From Octopus vulgaris (lineage: Eukaryota): 64,000 bases of DNA. The notes below the pieces were generated by a model. The model had not been told where the DNA came from and did no database searches. It was given only the letters and a program-made list of their open reading frames with translations. Positions within the stretch are counted from its first letter, which is position 1. Each line of letters begins with the position of its first letter. The translations under genes and the position numbers were made by a program. The DNA lies in NCBI GenBank assembly GCA_951406725.2, contig OX597818.1, positions 37,200,001 through 37,264,000 on the forward strand, read 5' to 3'. This document shows positions 1-12,989 of this stretch, piece by piece.

Positions 1-1472
1 TCTCTCTCTCTCTCCAACTCTTCCAGAGATCCAAGGTGTATGCAAATGTATGCTAATGTAGGATATGCTATATTTCAGCAGCATATTTGATTCAATATTA
101 GATCTTAACAGTCGACTCAATAAAACCATATATTTTTTTTTAATTTTCTTCTTTTTTTTTTCTACGAATATTTGGCAACATTTCGTTCGTGCTTTTTCAG
201 CATTTGTCCTTGCTTTATCTCTCGCTGAATGTATTACTTACTAATCAAAGTTCTTCAGTATTCTTCAAATTTTCCAGCAGATCCGATATAACATATATAT
301 ATATATATATATATATTCCTCATTAAGTTTCCACAACCCAGAATTTCAGTAGTATCAAAATTTCTAATTTATTTTCTGCCCCCCACCTTTTTTTTTATTA
401 TATATATCAAGAAATGAGTAAGCTCTTGTACAAGTTTCTCTGTTCGCCTCCTGCCTTCATTTGCTGTGTTATTATACTCATACCATTTCTACCAAAATAC
501 TTTCAATTCAAAATTTTAATTGGACCAGATTTTAGAATACTTTGTAAATTATATCTTACCATTTTTTTTTCATTAATTTTATTTATTTTTACATTTGATA
601 TGTTAACATATCCAGAGTAAAAATTTATTGATAAATTCTAATCTGCTTAACATAAAAAGTTCGTTAATAACTGCATTTGATTGGGAGTTTTCCTTCCTTT
701 AATTTTGACTTGAAAACTGATAGATTTAGGAAATTTTCAATCAACTAAGAATTTTCTGCATATGCTTCTCTGCACATCACCCCTTAACTTCTATCTGTTG
801 CCCTAACTCATTTATTTTCCTTACCTCATTTCATTTATTTACCTTATTTTTATAAGGTAAAATTAGTGCTTTAACCTTTTTCTAAGTAACTGACTTTAGA
901 ATTCACCCCATTTTACATCTACTGATGCGTATTTGTTGATTGTACAAATACTAATTTCAGCTTGGCTACTTAAAACTACTCCAAGTAATATACCAGACGT
1001 TGGGATGCATGTAGAGACGGGTTTCAAAAACAAAATTAACTTCTTTAACAGATGTTCAAAAATCCATACACCATATATATACACTGTGTGTATTTTTTAA
1101 TATTAAGTTCATTTTAAATTAAGTTTCTCGTTAGAGTGAGTCATTTAGGAATCGAGTAAAAATGTGTGTACATTATCATCACCATCATAGTCGTTTTAGT
1201 GTTCACTTGATATTATGATCATAATTGTTTCAATGTTAATTTGACCTCATTTACCAGAGTACCTAAGCATGTTACCTTTTTGGTAATTGCAGATGCTAAC
1301 AGGACTCAGGGAACTTTACTTACAATAAATCTGCAAAACGTTAAACATTATTTTTTCTTATCATATATCTCTATCAATAGTGCATTTTAAAATACTTATT
1401 GTAAATAATTGTTAATGTCAGGATTATAAATCTGGCAGGAATTTATCTGACCAGTGATATTTTATATATATC

Positions 1473-1616
1473 TTGGCGTTAGGAAGGGCATCCAGCCGTA
1501 GAAACACTGCCAGATCTGACTGGGCCTGACGAAGCCTTCCAGCTTCACAGACCCCAGTTGACCCGTCCAACCCATGCTAGCATGGAAAGCGGACGCTAAA
1601 TGATGATGATGATGAT
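1473..1616 (+). mobile_element. Family C SINE-like repeat, 3' part with (GAT)n tail
   Basis: ttggcgttaggaagggcatccagccgtagaaac...ccaacccatgctagcatggaaagcggacg followed by (gat)n; the same block recurs more than 10 times in the window. Confidence 0.85.
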
Positions 1617-1723
1617 TACATACAGGATGACAAAAATTAAGTAAATTGATCTTCAGGAGCAGAGTAGTTAGGAAATTAACAAATCCAATTAGAAGTCGTG
1701 TTTCTTAAACCTGTTACATTATA

Positions 1724-1877
1724 GGCACAGGCGTGGCTGTGTGGTAAGAAGCTTGCTTCGCAACCACAAGGTTCCAGGTTCATTACCACTGTGTGGTACC
1801 TTGGGCAAATGTCTTCTACTATAGCCTCGGATTTGGTAGACAGAAACTGAAAGAAACCTGTTGTGTGTGTGTATGTG

Positions 1878-1910
<33 letters not shown>

Positions 1911-2104
1911 CTGTGTTTACCCACCATCGCTTGACAACCAATGTGGTGTGTTTGTGTCCCTGTAACTTAGCAGTTTGGTAAAAGAGACCAATAGAATAAG
2001 TGCTTAGCTTACAAAGAAGTCTTGGGGTCGATTTGTGCAACTAAAAATGTGGTGATCCAGCATGGCCACCGTCAAATGACTGAAACAAGTAAAAGAGTAA
2101 AGAA
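1724..2104 (+). mobile_element. Family A tRNA-headed CORE-type SINE, near full length
   Basis: A-box-like tggctgtgtggtaag, B-box-like ggttcatt, CORE-like accttgggcaaatgt, internal (TG/TA)n, tail gactgaaacaagtaaaagag. Confidence 0.85.
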
Positions 2105-2133
2105 TATATATAAAAGAGTAAAGAATATATATA

Positions 2134-2493
2134 GGTGCAGTGTGGCTGTGTGGTTAAAAAGCTTTCTTCCCAACCATGTGGTCATGGATTCAGTTCCATT
2201 GTGCAGCACTTTGAGCTTGTATCTACCCCAGACCAATCAAAGCCTTTTCAGTAGATTTGGTAGAGAGAAACTGAAAAAAACCCATTGTATACCTAAACAT
2301 GTGTTTTTAAATGAGCATCATCATCATACAAGTGAGGTTGTTTGTTTCCAATCCTGTGTTTGAAAAATATTTCTGGACATGGGGAAATATTAAGGTTGGC
2401 AACAGGAAAGGTGTCTGGCTGTAGGAAACCTACCTTAACAAATTCTGTCTGGCCCATGCAAGCATTGGAAGAGTGGATGTTAAAGGATGATGA
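2134..2493 (+). mobile_element. Family A head joined to a family-C-type tail, decayed
   Basis: tggctgtgtggttaaaaagc head, then ggttggcaacaggaaaggtgtctggctgtaggaaac...ggatgatga; 21-bp tandem duplication at 2090-2131 at the junction with the previous SINE. Confidence 0.7.
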
Positions 2494-2602
2494 GGTTGTT
2501 GAGTAAAATTAGTGCAAGATACTACAGTCCACACAATAATCCTAAGCAGAAAATGTTATATACAGGATAGCATTTTCCTATTTCAGTTAGCACACCAAAA
2601 GA

Positions 2603-3018
2603 AAGGCTGCAAGCTTGCAGAAATGTTAGCACGCCGGGCGAAATGCTTAGCGGTATTTCGTCTGCCACTACGTTCTGAGTTCAAATTCCGCCGAGGTCGA
2701 CTTTGTTTTTCCTCCTTTCGGGGTCGATAAATTAAGTACCAGTTTCGCACTGGGGTCGATATAATTGACTTAATACCTATGTCTGTCCTTGTTTGTCCCC
2801 TCTGTGTTTAGCCCCTTGTGGGTAATAAAGAAATAGGTATTTCGTCTGCCGCTACATTCTGAGTTCAAATTCTGCCGAGGTCAACTTTGTTTTTCATCCT
2901 TTCGGGGTCGATAAATTAAGTACCAGTTTCGCACTGGGGTCGATATAATCGACTTAATCCCTTTGTCTGTCCTTGTTTGTCCTCTCTGTGTGTAGCTTCT
3001 TGTGGGCAGTAAATAAGA
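2603..3018 (+). mobile_element. Family B tRNA-headed SINE, tandem dimer (full copy plus 5'-truncated copy from 2836)
   Basis: B-box gagttcaaattcc and core tttcatcctttcggggtcgataaattaagtaccag each present twice; the core resembles the Meta-SINE domain as recalled. Confidence 0.9.
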
Positions 3019-3490
3019 AAAATGTTATCTGCAGGATGCCATAACAAAAATTTCAGAGTAATTACCCGTGCTAGTCAATCATTGTGATAGGTTGAAATTT
3101 GATAATTCATTTAGCCAAACTCAAGGTTCCACAATGTTTAAAAACCCTTAATGGTCACTTCTCCTAAAATTAGCAGCCAGATCTCCCTAGTATTACATCT
3201 AAGGAAGGGTATGTTAGAAAAAATAAAAAGATTGGATGACCATTACAGGAATTTTGATGACAGGCTTGATAAAGGCTGACCTTGGAATAAAGACCAACAA
3301 TGAGCCTTACCAGACCTGGTCTGTTGAATCTACTAACACCTCTCCATGCACACACACACTTCGTTATCCTTGGTTTAAGTAAATAAGTTATAATTGTTTG
3401 AAATGAAGCTCACTTAAATTCATTTCTTGCCTTACATGTATATTGCAGAAACAGAAGTCAGTATAAATCTACAAGGTATATGTATGCACT

Positions 3491-3723
3491 AAGGTGGCGA
3501 GCTGGCAGAAACGTTAGCACGCCAGGCGAAATGCGTACCCGTATTTCGTCTGCCGCTACGTTCTGAGTTCAAATTCCGCCGAGGTCGACTTTGCCTTTCA
3601 TCCTTTCGGGGTCGATAAATTAAGTACCAGTTGCGCACTGGGGTCGATGTAATCGACTTAATCCGTTTGTCTGTCCTTGTTTATCCCCTCTGTGTTTAGC
3701 CCCTTGTGGGTAGTAAAGAAATA
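3491..3723 (+). mobile_element. Family B SINE, full length, young-looking
   Basis: aaggtggcgagctggcagaaacgttagcac...gagttcaaattccgccgaggtcgactttgcctttcatcctttcggggtcgataaattaagtacc...taaagaaata; CpGs retained. Confidence 0.9.
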
Positions 3724-3831
3724 TATGTTGTAGTAATTAAGCTATTGAAATTACCATCTAAATTTTGAGAACTTTTCAATATTTTTTTTAATTCTTCCCA
3801 TATTTTCTATTTTTAAAATTTCTTCTACTAG

Positions 3832-4041
3832 TTGCTGTCATAAACAAGTCAACTCTGCTCAAGCAGACCCACGATCAAAGGCAATTCTAACCATGACCAT
3901 CTCACCTTTCTTGGAAGTGTGTAAGGCTACAATATTCAATATGTCCTTTACTTATTTAAAATGGTAGAATATGATCTGAGGAAGATTTGACTCTTATTTC
4001 TAGCAGGTTGTGCTTTAAGGTAGAGAATCCCTCATTGACTT
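3832..4041 (-). mobile_element. Family E short element (HDV-like head), decayed
   Basis: Reverse strand reads aagtcaatgagggattctctacc...aacctgctagaaataagagtcaaatcttcctc, homologous to copies at 13219, 31638 and 38042. Confidence 0.7.
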
Positions 4042-4102
4042 GTTTCTTCTGTTTGTGATTTCTAGATATTGATTATATATTGAACGCACTAAAATATATG
4101 TA

Positions 4103-4607
4103 CAGTAATACCTCACTTTACAAGCACCCACTTTACAAGACCCCAGGTTTACAAGTTTTATTTTTCAAGCACAAGATCCAAATCTTGAATGAAGTTCAAA
4201 TATTTCTACTACCATAACAAATGCTTCTGTGTGTTACTAAGAAATTTATAGAGAGCAAAAAAAAAAATGCTTCTTCTAAGCAAACAACTCTAGACTTATT
4301 TTTTAAAAAGGAAATCTACAAGTCCATCTATGAGTGCTTGTGAATCAGTGATCACATCTACAAGTGATGTTGTGCACGAGTCTAGTGCGAGAGAAAGTGA
4401 TTCAGAAAACGATTATAATAATATTCTTTACATTCTACTGTTGATTATTGCCATTTATTTACGAGTATTATAAATTTTATAGGTAAAGTATTTTTCTGGG
4501 AACAAACTATGATTTATAACATTGCTACTATGGGAAATTATTGCTCTGCTTTACGAGTTTTCAGCGATCCCTAGGAACAAATTAACTCGTATATCAAGGC
4601 ATCTCCA
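4103..4607 (+). mobile_element. Tigger/pogo-like DNA transposon deletion derivative
   Basis: TA|cagtaatacctc left end, degenerate right TIR ctcgtatatcaaggcat; internal translation DPNLE*SSNISTTITNASVCY*EIYREQKK then frameshift KQTTLDLFFKK resembles the Tigger transposase C-terminus. Confidence 0.75.
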
Positions 4608-4705
4608 TATCTCCGTTAATGCCAACTTACATAACTTTCGCAATTTAACTTTTACTTTTGAGTGGTTGAATTTCATTCAAAATTTAGATATCTGTTACAT
4701 TTTGC

Positions 4706-4964
4706 GTTTCAGTCATTGGACTGTGACCATGCCAGGATACCACCATGACGGGTTTTGGTCAAAAAAATCGACCCCAGTACCTATTTTTTCTTAAACCTGG
4801 TACTTATTCTATTGGTCTCTTTTCCCAAATTGCTACATATAGAGGATGTAAATAAACCAACACCAGTTGTCAAGCAGTAGTAGGGAACAAACACCAAAAG
4901 CACACACACATGCTCAACAGGCTTCTTTCGGTTTCCATCTACCAAATCACTTCACAAGGCTTTG
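4706..4964 (-). mobile_element. Family A SINE, headless part
   Basis: gtttcagtcattggactgtgaccatg...tttccatctaccaaatc...cacaaggctttg. Confidence 0.8.
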
Positions 4965-5290
4965 CTTTGTGTTAACTAATTTATTGTTGTTAAAATGCTG
5001 GGTAAAACAATTAAGAACAAAGGAAATGAACAGTTTGTTATCTTCGTTCAACTTCCACTGTTCAAAAATAGTTTCTTATTTTTCATATAACATCACTACC
5101 TTTACTTGATGTATTGTTATGTAACATCTAAATTATTAAGCTTTACTTCATTACACTCAGGCAATGATGTTATTTGGTTCATCTACGTAGACATTTTCCA
5201 ATGTTAGCTATTTTGACATAATGAAGGTTTTAGTAGTCTCTTAAAAGTATTATCTGGAATTATATATCTTGTGAAAAACATTAAGGTTCT

Positions 5291-5775
5291 TCATCATCAT
5301 CATCATCATCGTTTAACGTCCGCTTTCCATGCTAGCATGGGTTGGACGATTTTGACTGAGGGCTTGCGAACCAGATGGCTGCACCAGGCTCCAATCTTGA
5401 TTTGGCAGAGTTTCTACAGCTGGATGCCCTTCCTAATGCCAACCACTCCAAGAGTGTGGTGGGTGCTTTTTACATGCCACCAGCATGGGGGCCAGTCAGG
5501 CGGTACTGGCAACGACCTCGCTCAAATCCTTTTACACATGCCCCCAGCACAGATGCCAGTAAGGTGACTTTGGTAACGATCACGCTCGAATGGTGACCTT
5601 TTACGTGCCACTGGCACAGAAGCCAGTTGGCTGCTCTGGCAACGATCACACTCAGATGGTGCTCTTGGCACCCTACTAGCACGGGCACAAGTGCCAGTAA
5701 AGCGACGCTGGTAACGATCACGCTTGAATGGTGCCCTTTAAGTGCCACTGGCATAGGAGCCGGTTAGCCACTCTA
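5291..5775 (-). mobile_element. Family C element with internal tandem array of about 60-65 bp units
   Basis: (cat)n tail, ggatgcccttcctaatgccaacc, and 4-5 units containing gtgccactggcac and gcaacgatcacgctcgaatggtg. Confidence 0.9.
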
Positions 5776-6110
5776 ACTGCCATCCCTACACATACACACA
5801 TACTTACGAACCCTTGTTCTTTTTGGTGACCTGTACATACTGGGCAATGTACATAATTAAATAGGTCTCAGTAAAGTCAAAACAAACTTTGAAAGGGTTG
5901 ATCCTTCTATGTTATTTTCCTAGTGGAAGTTTGTAGTTATAAAACCTTTGTAAGAATTTGTTTTATTGTATAGTTGTATAATTATAATTTGTTGATGTTG
6001 GGTAAAAGTAATCAACATGTTAGGTTGAAGGATAAAGAGTTGAAGAGAAGGATAAACAGTCGCTGTCATAAAGAAGATGCTGCGGAAGCAAAACTATTTG
6101 TGATCTTTTA

Positions 6111-6308
6111 TACTGGTTTCAAATTTTGGCCCAAAGCCAGCAAGTTTGGGAGAGGGTGTTAGTTACATCGGCCCCAGTATTCAAAGGTACTTTTGACCCT
6201 GAAAAGATGAAAGACAAAGTTGACTTGAGTGGGACTTGAACTTGGAACATGAAGATGAACAAAATGCATTTTGCCCGGTGTGCTAACAATTATGCCAGCT
6301 TGCCGCCA
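6111..6308 (-). mobile_element. Family B SINE, decayed
   Basis: gaccctgaaaagatgaaagacaaagttgac...cttgaact...tgccagcttgccgcc. Confidence 0.75.
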
Positions 6309-6996
6309 TTTTTGCAGTCTTTTATTATTACCTGGTTAGTTTTACCCACCCCTATATTTATTAAAGATGGACCTATGATTTCTATTTTCAAAAATATTAA
6401 AGTCTTAAGTTTCATATCCTGGATCAAATGTATTAGAAATCCCAAAAGGCTTAAACATTTATTACCAAGTTGTTTTACTTACCTGAATAAATTTGGAAGA
6501 ATTTTACCCAAGTGTTGTGACATATTAAAAGAAGAGATTAAGCATCAATTGATGTCATAACTGCCTTTCAGCTAATGCTTTAGGATTAAATTATCCAGTT
6601 AATCCAATTACCTCTTTATTATGTTAACCTTTGCTTTGTATTTTAAGAACTATGAATATCTCTACATTACATTCTGAATTTATTGGTAATTTATTTTCTA
6701 ATTAATGTTGCTGTTTAGTTATCATATATTAAATTTCCTGTTTAGGGTTGTGTTCCAAGCATCATCTATTCACTCTAAGCATCTGTGTTTCAATTTAGTC
6801 CTCCACACATTGTCAGAACTTAATGTCTGATTTATTGCTTTCAGAATTATACGAAACAAACCATCTGTCGAATTGTTATTAACGAATGTACATATTTTGT
6901 ATGTATTTTCATTCAAAATGTTGTAAATTAAGTCATTTACAACATTTAAATAACATGCCTCATAGCCTTTTTTTTTAATAACTTTATATATTTATT

Positions 6997-7278
6997 GCTG
7001 TGATACCAGTGCCGGTGGCACGTAAGAGAACCATCCGAATGTGGCCGTTGCCAGCGCCGCATTGACTGGCCTCCGTGCCGGTGGCCGTTTGCCAGCCTCG
7101 TCTGGCACCTGTGCAGGTGGCATGTAAAAAGCACCCACTATACTCACGGAGTGGTTGGCGTTAGGAAGGGCATCCAGCTGTAGAAACACTGCTAGATCAG
7201 ACTGGGCCTGACGCAGCCTTCTGGCTTCCCAGACCCCAGTTGAACTGTCCAACCCATGATGATGATGATGATGATGAT
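6997..7278 (+). mobile_element. Family C element
   Basis: gtgccggtggcacgtaa units, aggaagggcatccagctgtagaaac, (gat)n tail. Confidence 0.9.
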
Positions 7279-7344
7279 TGCCATATATGATAAATTCTCT
7301 CATTGTGAACGACAAATGAAGGTTCAGTAAAATAAAGCAGTAAT

Positions 7345-8170
7345 CATGTTCTATGGACACAAATGTCTCTTGAGGCCTGTTGGTGCCTTGCAAACCTTTT
7401 GGTAAATGGAACAAGGGCTCAGTTTGCTTGAGTGCTTGTGGATCATTTACTATGTTTTCTTGAGTGAGCAGCAAGACATGCTTTGTTTCATGCCACAAAA
7501 CCACAATGACAGGTAAAGCTGCCATTTAGAGGAGCAGCATTTTGCCAGTATACTCTTTTGCTTGTTTCAGTCATTTGACTGTGGCCATGCTGGAGCACCA
7601 CCTTTAGTCGAGCTAATCGACCCCAGGACTTATTCTTTGTAAGCCCAGTACTTATTCTATCGGTCTCTTTTGTCAAACTGCGAGGTGGCAGGGACATAAA
7701 CACACCAGCATCAGTTGTCAAGCAATGCTAGGGAGACAAACACATAGACACACACACATATATATACTTATGTACAACAGGCTTCTTTGAGCTTCCATCT
7801 ACCAAATCCACAAGGCTTTGGTTGGCCCGAGATATAGTAGAAGACACTTGCCCAAGATGCCACGCAGTGGGACTGAACCTGGAACCATGTGGTTGGTAAG
7901 CAAGCTACTTACCACACAGCCACTCCTGTGCCATCATGCTTGCACAAAGTTGGTCCCAATGCTGGAGTTAACTATGCTCAAATCTTTGATCTGAAGAGTA
8001 GCAGAACTGGTGCCAGGTCTTGTGTCCTGATGCTTTGTCTTTGAAGCACAAGAGTGGCCTTCAAATTGACCTTCCTATTGGGTATTGGCCAAAGAGAAGT
8101 TGCTTCAGAATTCTGATATCACTCGTACATGAGATATGATATGACCATCTAAGCTGTATTTTCATGATGA
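7345..8170 (-). mobile_element. RTE-clade LINE 3' fragment, decayed, interrupted by a family A SINE
   Basis: Minus-strand translation QLRWSYHISCTSDIRILKQLLFGQ...RPLLCFKD (cf. RTE QLRWAGHV..M...RIPKQLLFGEL...RP..RFKD) and KVCKAPTGLKRHL zinc-finger-like end. Confidence 0.7.
7551..7932 (-). mobile_element. Family A SINE, full length
   Basis: cttgtttcagtcatttgactg...agacacttgcccaag...gggactgaacc...ttaccacacagccactcctgtgcc. Confidence 0.9.
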
Positions 8171-8559
8171 TGACTTCAATACCGGATATGCCATATATAT
8201 ATAAAGTTAAAAATCTAATAATTGCTTTAAAAGCAAGTTACATTGATGACAAACACATATCTGTTGATCTTGTCTTTTAGTTGATTCACCAGCTCAACTA
8301 GCAGAAAAAAAAACAAAATTCTATAAATGTAGATTAAGTACATGAACGACTAATATTCTTCATAAGACTTTTATTATTGAGGTCTTGCTCTATAAAGAGT
8401 TCCAAAAATTGATTTTACACCACAGTCAATCATTTCAGTATGCAGAATTTTGAATTTATAATCTTTGTTCATAGCTTTTTCTGTCCTTATATTGATACAG
8501 TTGCTAATACCATGAAACTTGAGATGGTTGATATTTTCTCCCAATTTTATTTTTCAATA

Positions 8560-8847
8560 TCACCAGTGCTGGTATCACATAAAAAGCATCCAGTCCACAC
8601 TGAAGTGGTTGGCATTTGGAAGGGCATCCAACTGTAAAAATCATGCCAAAACTGACCCTGCTTGTGCTGGTGCCACATAAAAAGCACTCAGGCCACTCTG
8701 CTGGGTGGTTGGTGTTAAGAAGAGCATCCAGCTGTAAAAACCATGCCAAAAGACACAGAAACCTGGAATAGTCTTCTACTTGACCGAATCCTGTCAAACC
8801 ATCCAACCCATGCCAGCACTGAAAGAGGGACGTTAAATAATGATGAT
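8560..8847 (+). mobile_element. Family C element, older variant
   Basis: Two ggttggc..ggaagggcatcca units, ccaacccatgccagca, gatgat tail. Confidence 0.75.
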
Positions 8848-9970
8848 AATCTGTACCTGTCAAGCATTCTTCACAACTTATCTTCCTAGTACCTATCCCA
8901 CCTTCTTTCACCCTTCTAACTACAATATTGTTTCCTCAGCTGCTATAATTACACACGAGCAGAACTGCACATATTTCATCCCCTACTTTTGTGCTATCAA
9001 ATTATCCTTCTCCTTGGAACCACTTCTCTTGTCACTCATCCTGCACTCTCAGCATCATCCCTTACAACTTTATTTCCATTGTGTCCCCCCACACACACAT
9101 GCCTGCACATTTTGTCTCACCTCCATACTTCACATCAGCTCCCTATTTCTCATCTATCTTGGGTTTTATTAAATTGATACTTGCCATCCCTGCCCTACTC
9201 CATCTTACATATTGTCACCTATGACCTCCTCCTCTTTGACTCTTAATTTCTTTACCTTCCTCCTCCTCACCAAATTGAGATTCTCTATTGACCACATCTC
9301 CACCCTTTTCATCATTTACTGCATTCATCTCTATTTCCATCTCTAATCATCTCTGTCATTCTCCTTCACACACTCATGAACTTACCCACCTAACAATCCT
9401 CAGTTTATTTGTCCATATTCTTTCATTATCCACCTTCTTGTATTTTGAGAGTATACCCTGAAACCTCATCTCCACCATCTCTTTCTACCTGGGATACCTA
9501 TATATCTCCTCTAAAGCAAGACTATTCTTGTCCCTCTCAGCACCTGGCACAAAGCCATTTCCTTAATACTGAGCTCCCATTCTTTTAAGAGGCCTTGTTT
9601 TGTGAATTACTTGGTAATCTCATTAGTGCCAGTACCACAAATAATCATCATCATTTATTTTTATAGTAACTATCTTAATTTTAAACAACTATCAAATACT
9701 GTTGAGAACTGATGACTAGAAGGTCTTAGTTTGTGTCTTATGGTCTTTGTCTATAATCTGTAGAAGCACATTTTCTAATTTGTGTTATATCCTGAAATAA
9801 TTGCTTTTTATCAAGTTGAACTTACTGTTGTCGCTTGATCTCACTCTATGATCAGTTTTCCTATGTGTGTGTGTGTGTGTGTGCTCTTTAGCTCATAACA
9901 AGTTAACCCCTATTTAAAACATCAGCAAAATCAATCTACTATCATTCTTAGTACCTTCCCTCCTATCTAC

Positions 9971-10192
9971 GGCAAAAACGTTAGCACGCCAGGTGAAATG
10001 CATAGCCATATTTCGTCTGCCATTATGATCTGAGTTCAAATTCCGCCGAGGTCGACTTTGCCTTTCATCCTTTCGGGGTCGATAAATTAAGTACCAGTTA
10101 CACACTGGGGTCAATGTAATCGACTTAATCCGCTTGTCTGTCCTTGTTTGTCCTCTCTGTGTTTAGCCCCTTGTGAGCAATAAAGAAATATA
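9971..10192 (+). mobile_element. Family B SINE
   Basis: Core intact; candidate 7-bp TSD tatctac at 9964-9970 and 10193-10199. Confidence 0.9.
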
Positions 10193-10932
10193 TATCTACT
10201 TCATAGATTACCTTTAATGGTCTAAATATTTAGATTCTTTACTTTAGGAAAGGGTGGTTGTTGTTATTGTTTATTGGGCAACTCAAATTTTAGTAACTTA
10301 AATAGTGCAGATGTAACCAATCAGTTGAGTGGCCTATAGACAAGCACAGCAGACAGGTCATACTTTAGTCTGATTGCATATCCTGTTGCACACTGTGGGT
10401 GGTTTGTACAGTGAAAGCTCAGCTATGTTTTCATCAGTAGACTCTTTAGATATTCAGGCTGACTGTAATGTAAGCATAATTTTTGTACTTAAAGTAATCA
10501 GAAGTTAGGAAATTCCACCAGCAGTCAGAGTTATAGATTAGTAGTTACAATATGAACGTTAGCTTAGAACCAAAACTTTTATCAGCAAATCAATTCTGAC
10601 TTGAACAGATATTAACTTACCAATGTCTTGTCTGTACAAATTTCACTGCTGCTGGTTTTTTTTTCTTTTTATCTTTTTTTTTTTTTTAAGTAATACTTCA
10701 GTGTTGCAGCAAATCCTGTAAGGATTGTCATTGCACTCAAGTAACAGGTCCGGTTGCAGCTAACCTTCTTCCTACTAAACCCACCTGAGATTGTCTCTCA
10801 ATCTTCAAATGAAAGCTACCTTTTTTAAAATGTTCATATTTGAATTAACACCTTCCATCATTTTATGCTACATCTTATTGTTCCAAACACTGATTCAGTA
10901 TTGAAATAAATCTGTTAGTTATTTTTACTAAA

Positions 10933-12001
10933 AGAAGGATCAGCTGAAAAGTTCCTAGACTGACTAAGATATCTCATAGAATGTGACCAAATAATGTTAT
11001 TTTTCAACATAGTTTCCCTTGCAGTCCACACACTTATATTGGTGAAGAAGCTTTCATCCTGTTGGAAAGTTATCAACAGCAGACAGGATGTCGTTATCAC
11101 TGTGATACTGGTTCCCAGCCAAGTGTTTGTTAAAGTTGAGATAGTCAGAGCCAAATTAAGAGAATTGGGACAATGATCAACCAGTTCAATGCCACAATCA
11201 TGCACAGCAGCCCTCGAAATGAAGGACTTGTATACTGGAGTATTATCCTGAAGAAACAAGACCCCTTTCGTCAGTTTTTCTGGGTGTTTGGTCTTGATAG
11301 CCTTTTTGTAACTGCCTCGGCAAGCTGGCATAGTATTCTCGATTGATGGTGTGGCTCTTTTGAGGATAGTCAATAAACACAATCCCAAAAAACTGAGGAT
11401 ATCACCTTCCTTGAAAATGAAACAACCTTGGCCTTCTTTAGCCTTCCTGTAATGTAATCAACCTGGTGTGGTTTTGATCAAGTGTCAGAAGATATGGCAC
11501 CCACCAAGCAGGAACCTTCATCATATCGAGTTCATTGTGGAGAACGTTCTCAGCTCTATCACAGGATATGCTCATAGCATTGGTTATTTCATTTATAGTC
11601 GGTCGCCTGTCATCCACCACCATGTAGTGAATACGATCAATGTTTTCTTCAGTGGTGGCAGTTGCAGGATATCCAACCTTGGATCATGTTGAAGACTCTC
11701 CTTTTCCCTCCTAAAATCAGCTGCCCACTAATGTAGCAACCATGTCAGCATGAATTTCCTTGGAGACTAAACTCTTTTTCTGCAGGTACTTGATAACACC
11801 ACAATTTCAAATTTTGCCCATTTTCAAGAGAAGCTGCTACTAGTTATTTTCAAAGTGTTCTTTGAACAGTTAGATGTCAGTTTGCCTGGAAAGAAACAAT
11901 GCAGTTATTAATAAGAAGAGTTGAAATTAATGCCTGCAAGATTTCACAGCTCTAACATCATTCCTTATAGTCAACCTATGAAGTTTCCAGCCCACCCTTG
12001 T
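10933..12001 (-). mobile_element. Decayed mariner (Tc1/mariner) element with transposase pseudogene
   Basis: Degenerate TIRs gctgaaaagttcctagactgac / gtcaacctatgaagtttccagc; minus-strand ORF pieces WWVPYLLT (WVPHEL motif), LQDNTPVYKS, DHCPNSLNLA (HPPYSPDLA). Confidence 0.85.
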
Positions 12002-12697
12002 GACACCTAATTCTTGATTATTTTTAAATGTAATATTAGCATATATATATTTCCAATGAAATACATTTATCCTGAACATCTCATTAAAAATATGATTATG
12101 GAAAGGTTAAATGGGTGCATTCAGATGTTATGGATTAGTGAGGTCTTCAGGTGGGGGGTTTTTCTGATTTTTTTTTTTATTTTTAACATTTGGTCTTATT
12201 TTGTCCTTCTGTCATTGCTTCTTGCCTAAGATCTTTCTTTCAAGCTCTATAATTCAATCCCTACACATAACCCTTTACTCACATAAAAACAAGTTACCTA
12301 TTGTCGGCCAAGCTGTTTCAATTATTCACTTGAATTATGCAAGGCTGTTATTACACATGGTAACATCATGTGTTACCTTCAACACATTCCCTCAGTCAAA
12401 AAACTAGAGATTGAGATTGAAGTCATTATTGCAGAGATTAATCTCCGTCACTGATGATGTACATCCCCAATATCCATTGGGCTTTTGCCATAAATATCCA
12501 CCCACATGTTCAGTCAGTATAAGTTACTAAGCGTATCATCATAATTTCTCAAAGGCTGAGAATATGTTAAGGCAAGTTACTTGAAACTGAAACATTCATT
12601 CTTGCGGGCATAAAATTACCAACATCCTTTAACAACCTACAAAAGTTGTGGATTTTAAGTACAGATGATTGCCTTCACAGTAATATACTTGTGGATT

Positions 12698-12911
12698 AAG
12701 GCGGTGATATGGCAGAAGCATTAGCACTCGGAGCAAAAATGCTTAGCAGCTTTTCATCCTTCTTTACATTCTGATTTCAAATTCTGTCACGGTTGACTTT
12801 GCCTTCCATCCTTTTGGGGTCGATATAATAAGTATCAGTTGAACGCTGGCTTCGATGTAATCAATTTACCCCTCCCCTGAAATTGCTGGCCTTGTGCCAA
12901 AATTTGAGACC
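12698..12911 (+). mobile_element. Family B SINE (alternative ggccttgtgcc tail)
   Basis: Core present; 16-bp TSD aatatacttgtggatt / agtatgcttgtggatt. Confidence 0.85.
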
Positions 12912-12989
12912 AGTATGCTTGTGGATTGAGTAGATTGATTATACAGCCCTAAGTCACCAATAAGACAAATACACAGCTTTCTTTTCTTC

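Noticed and set aside
5271-5567. Poly-histidine protein ORFs (also 6992-7525)
   Set aside because: His runs come from (CAT)n/(GAT)n repeat tails; the remainder is family C sequence
5460-5775. CRISPR-like array of palindromic repeats
   Set aside because: The spacers are themselves homologous, there are no cas genes, the DNA is eukaryotic, and the array is the interior of a dispersed repeat
8900-9600. Long pyrimidine-skewed tract with several short ORFs
   Set aside because: Low-complexity sequence, probably a decayed repeat; ORFs reflect the scarcity of stop codons
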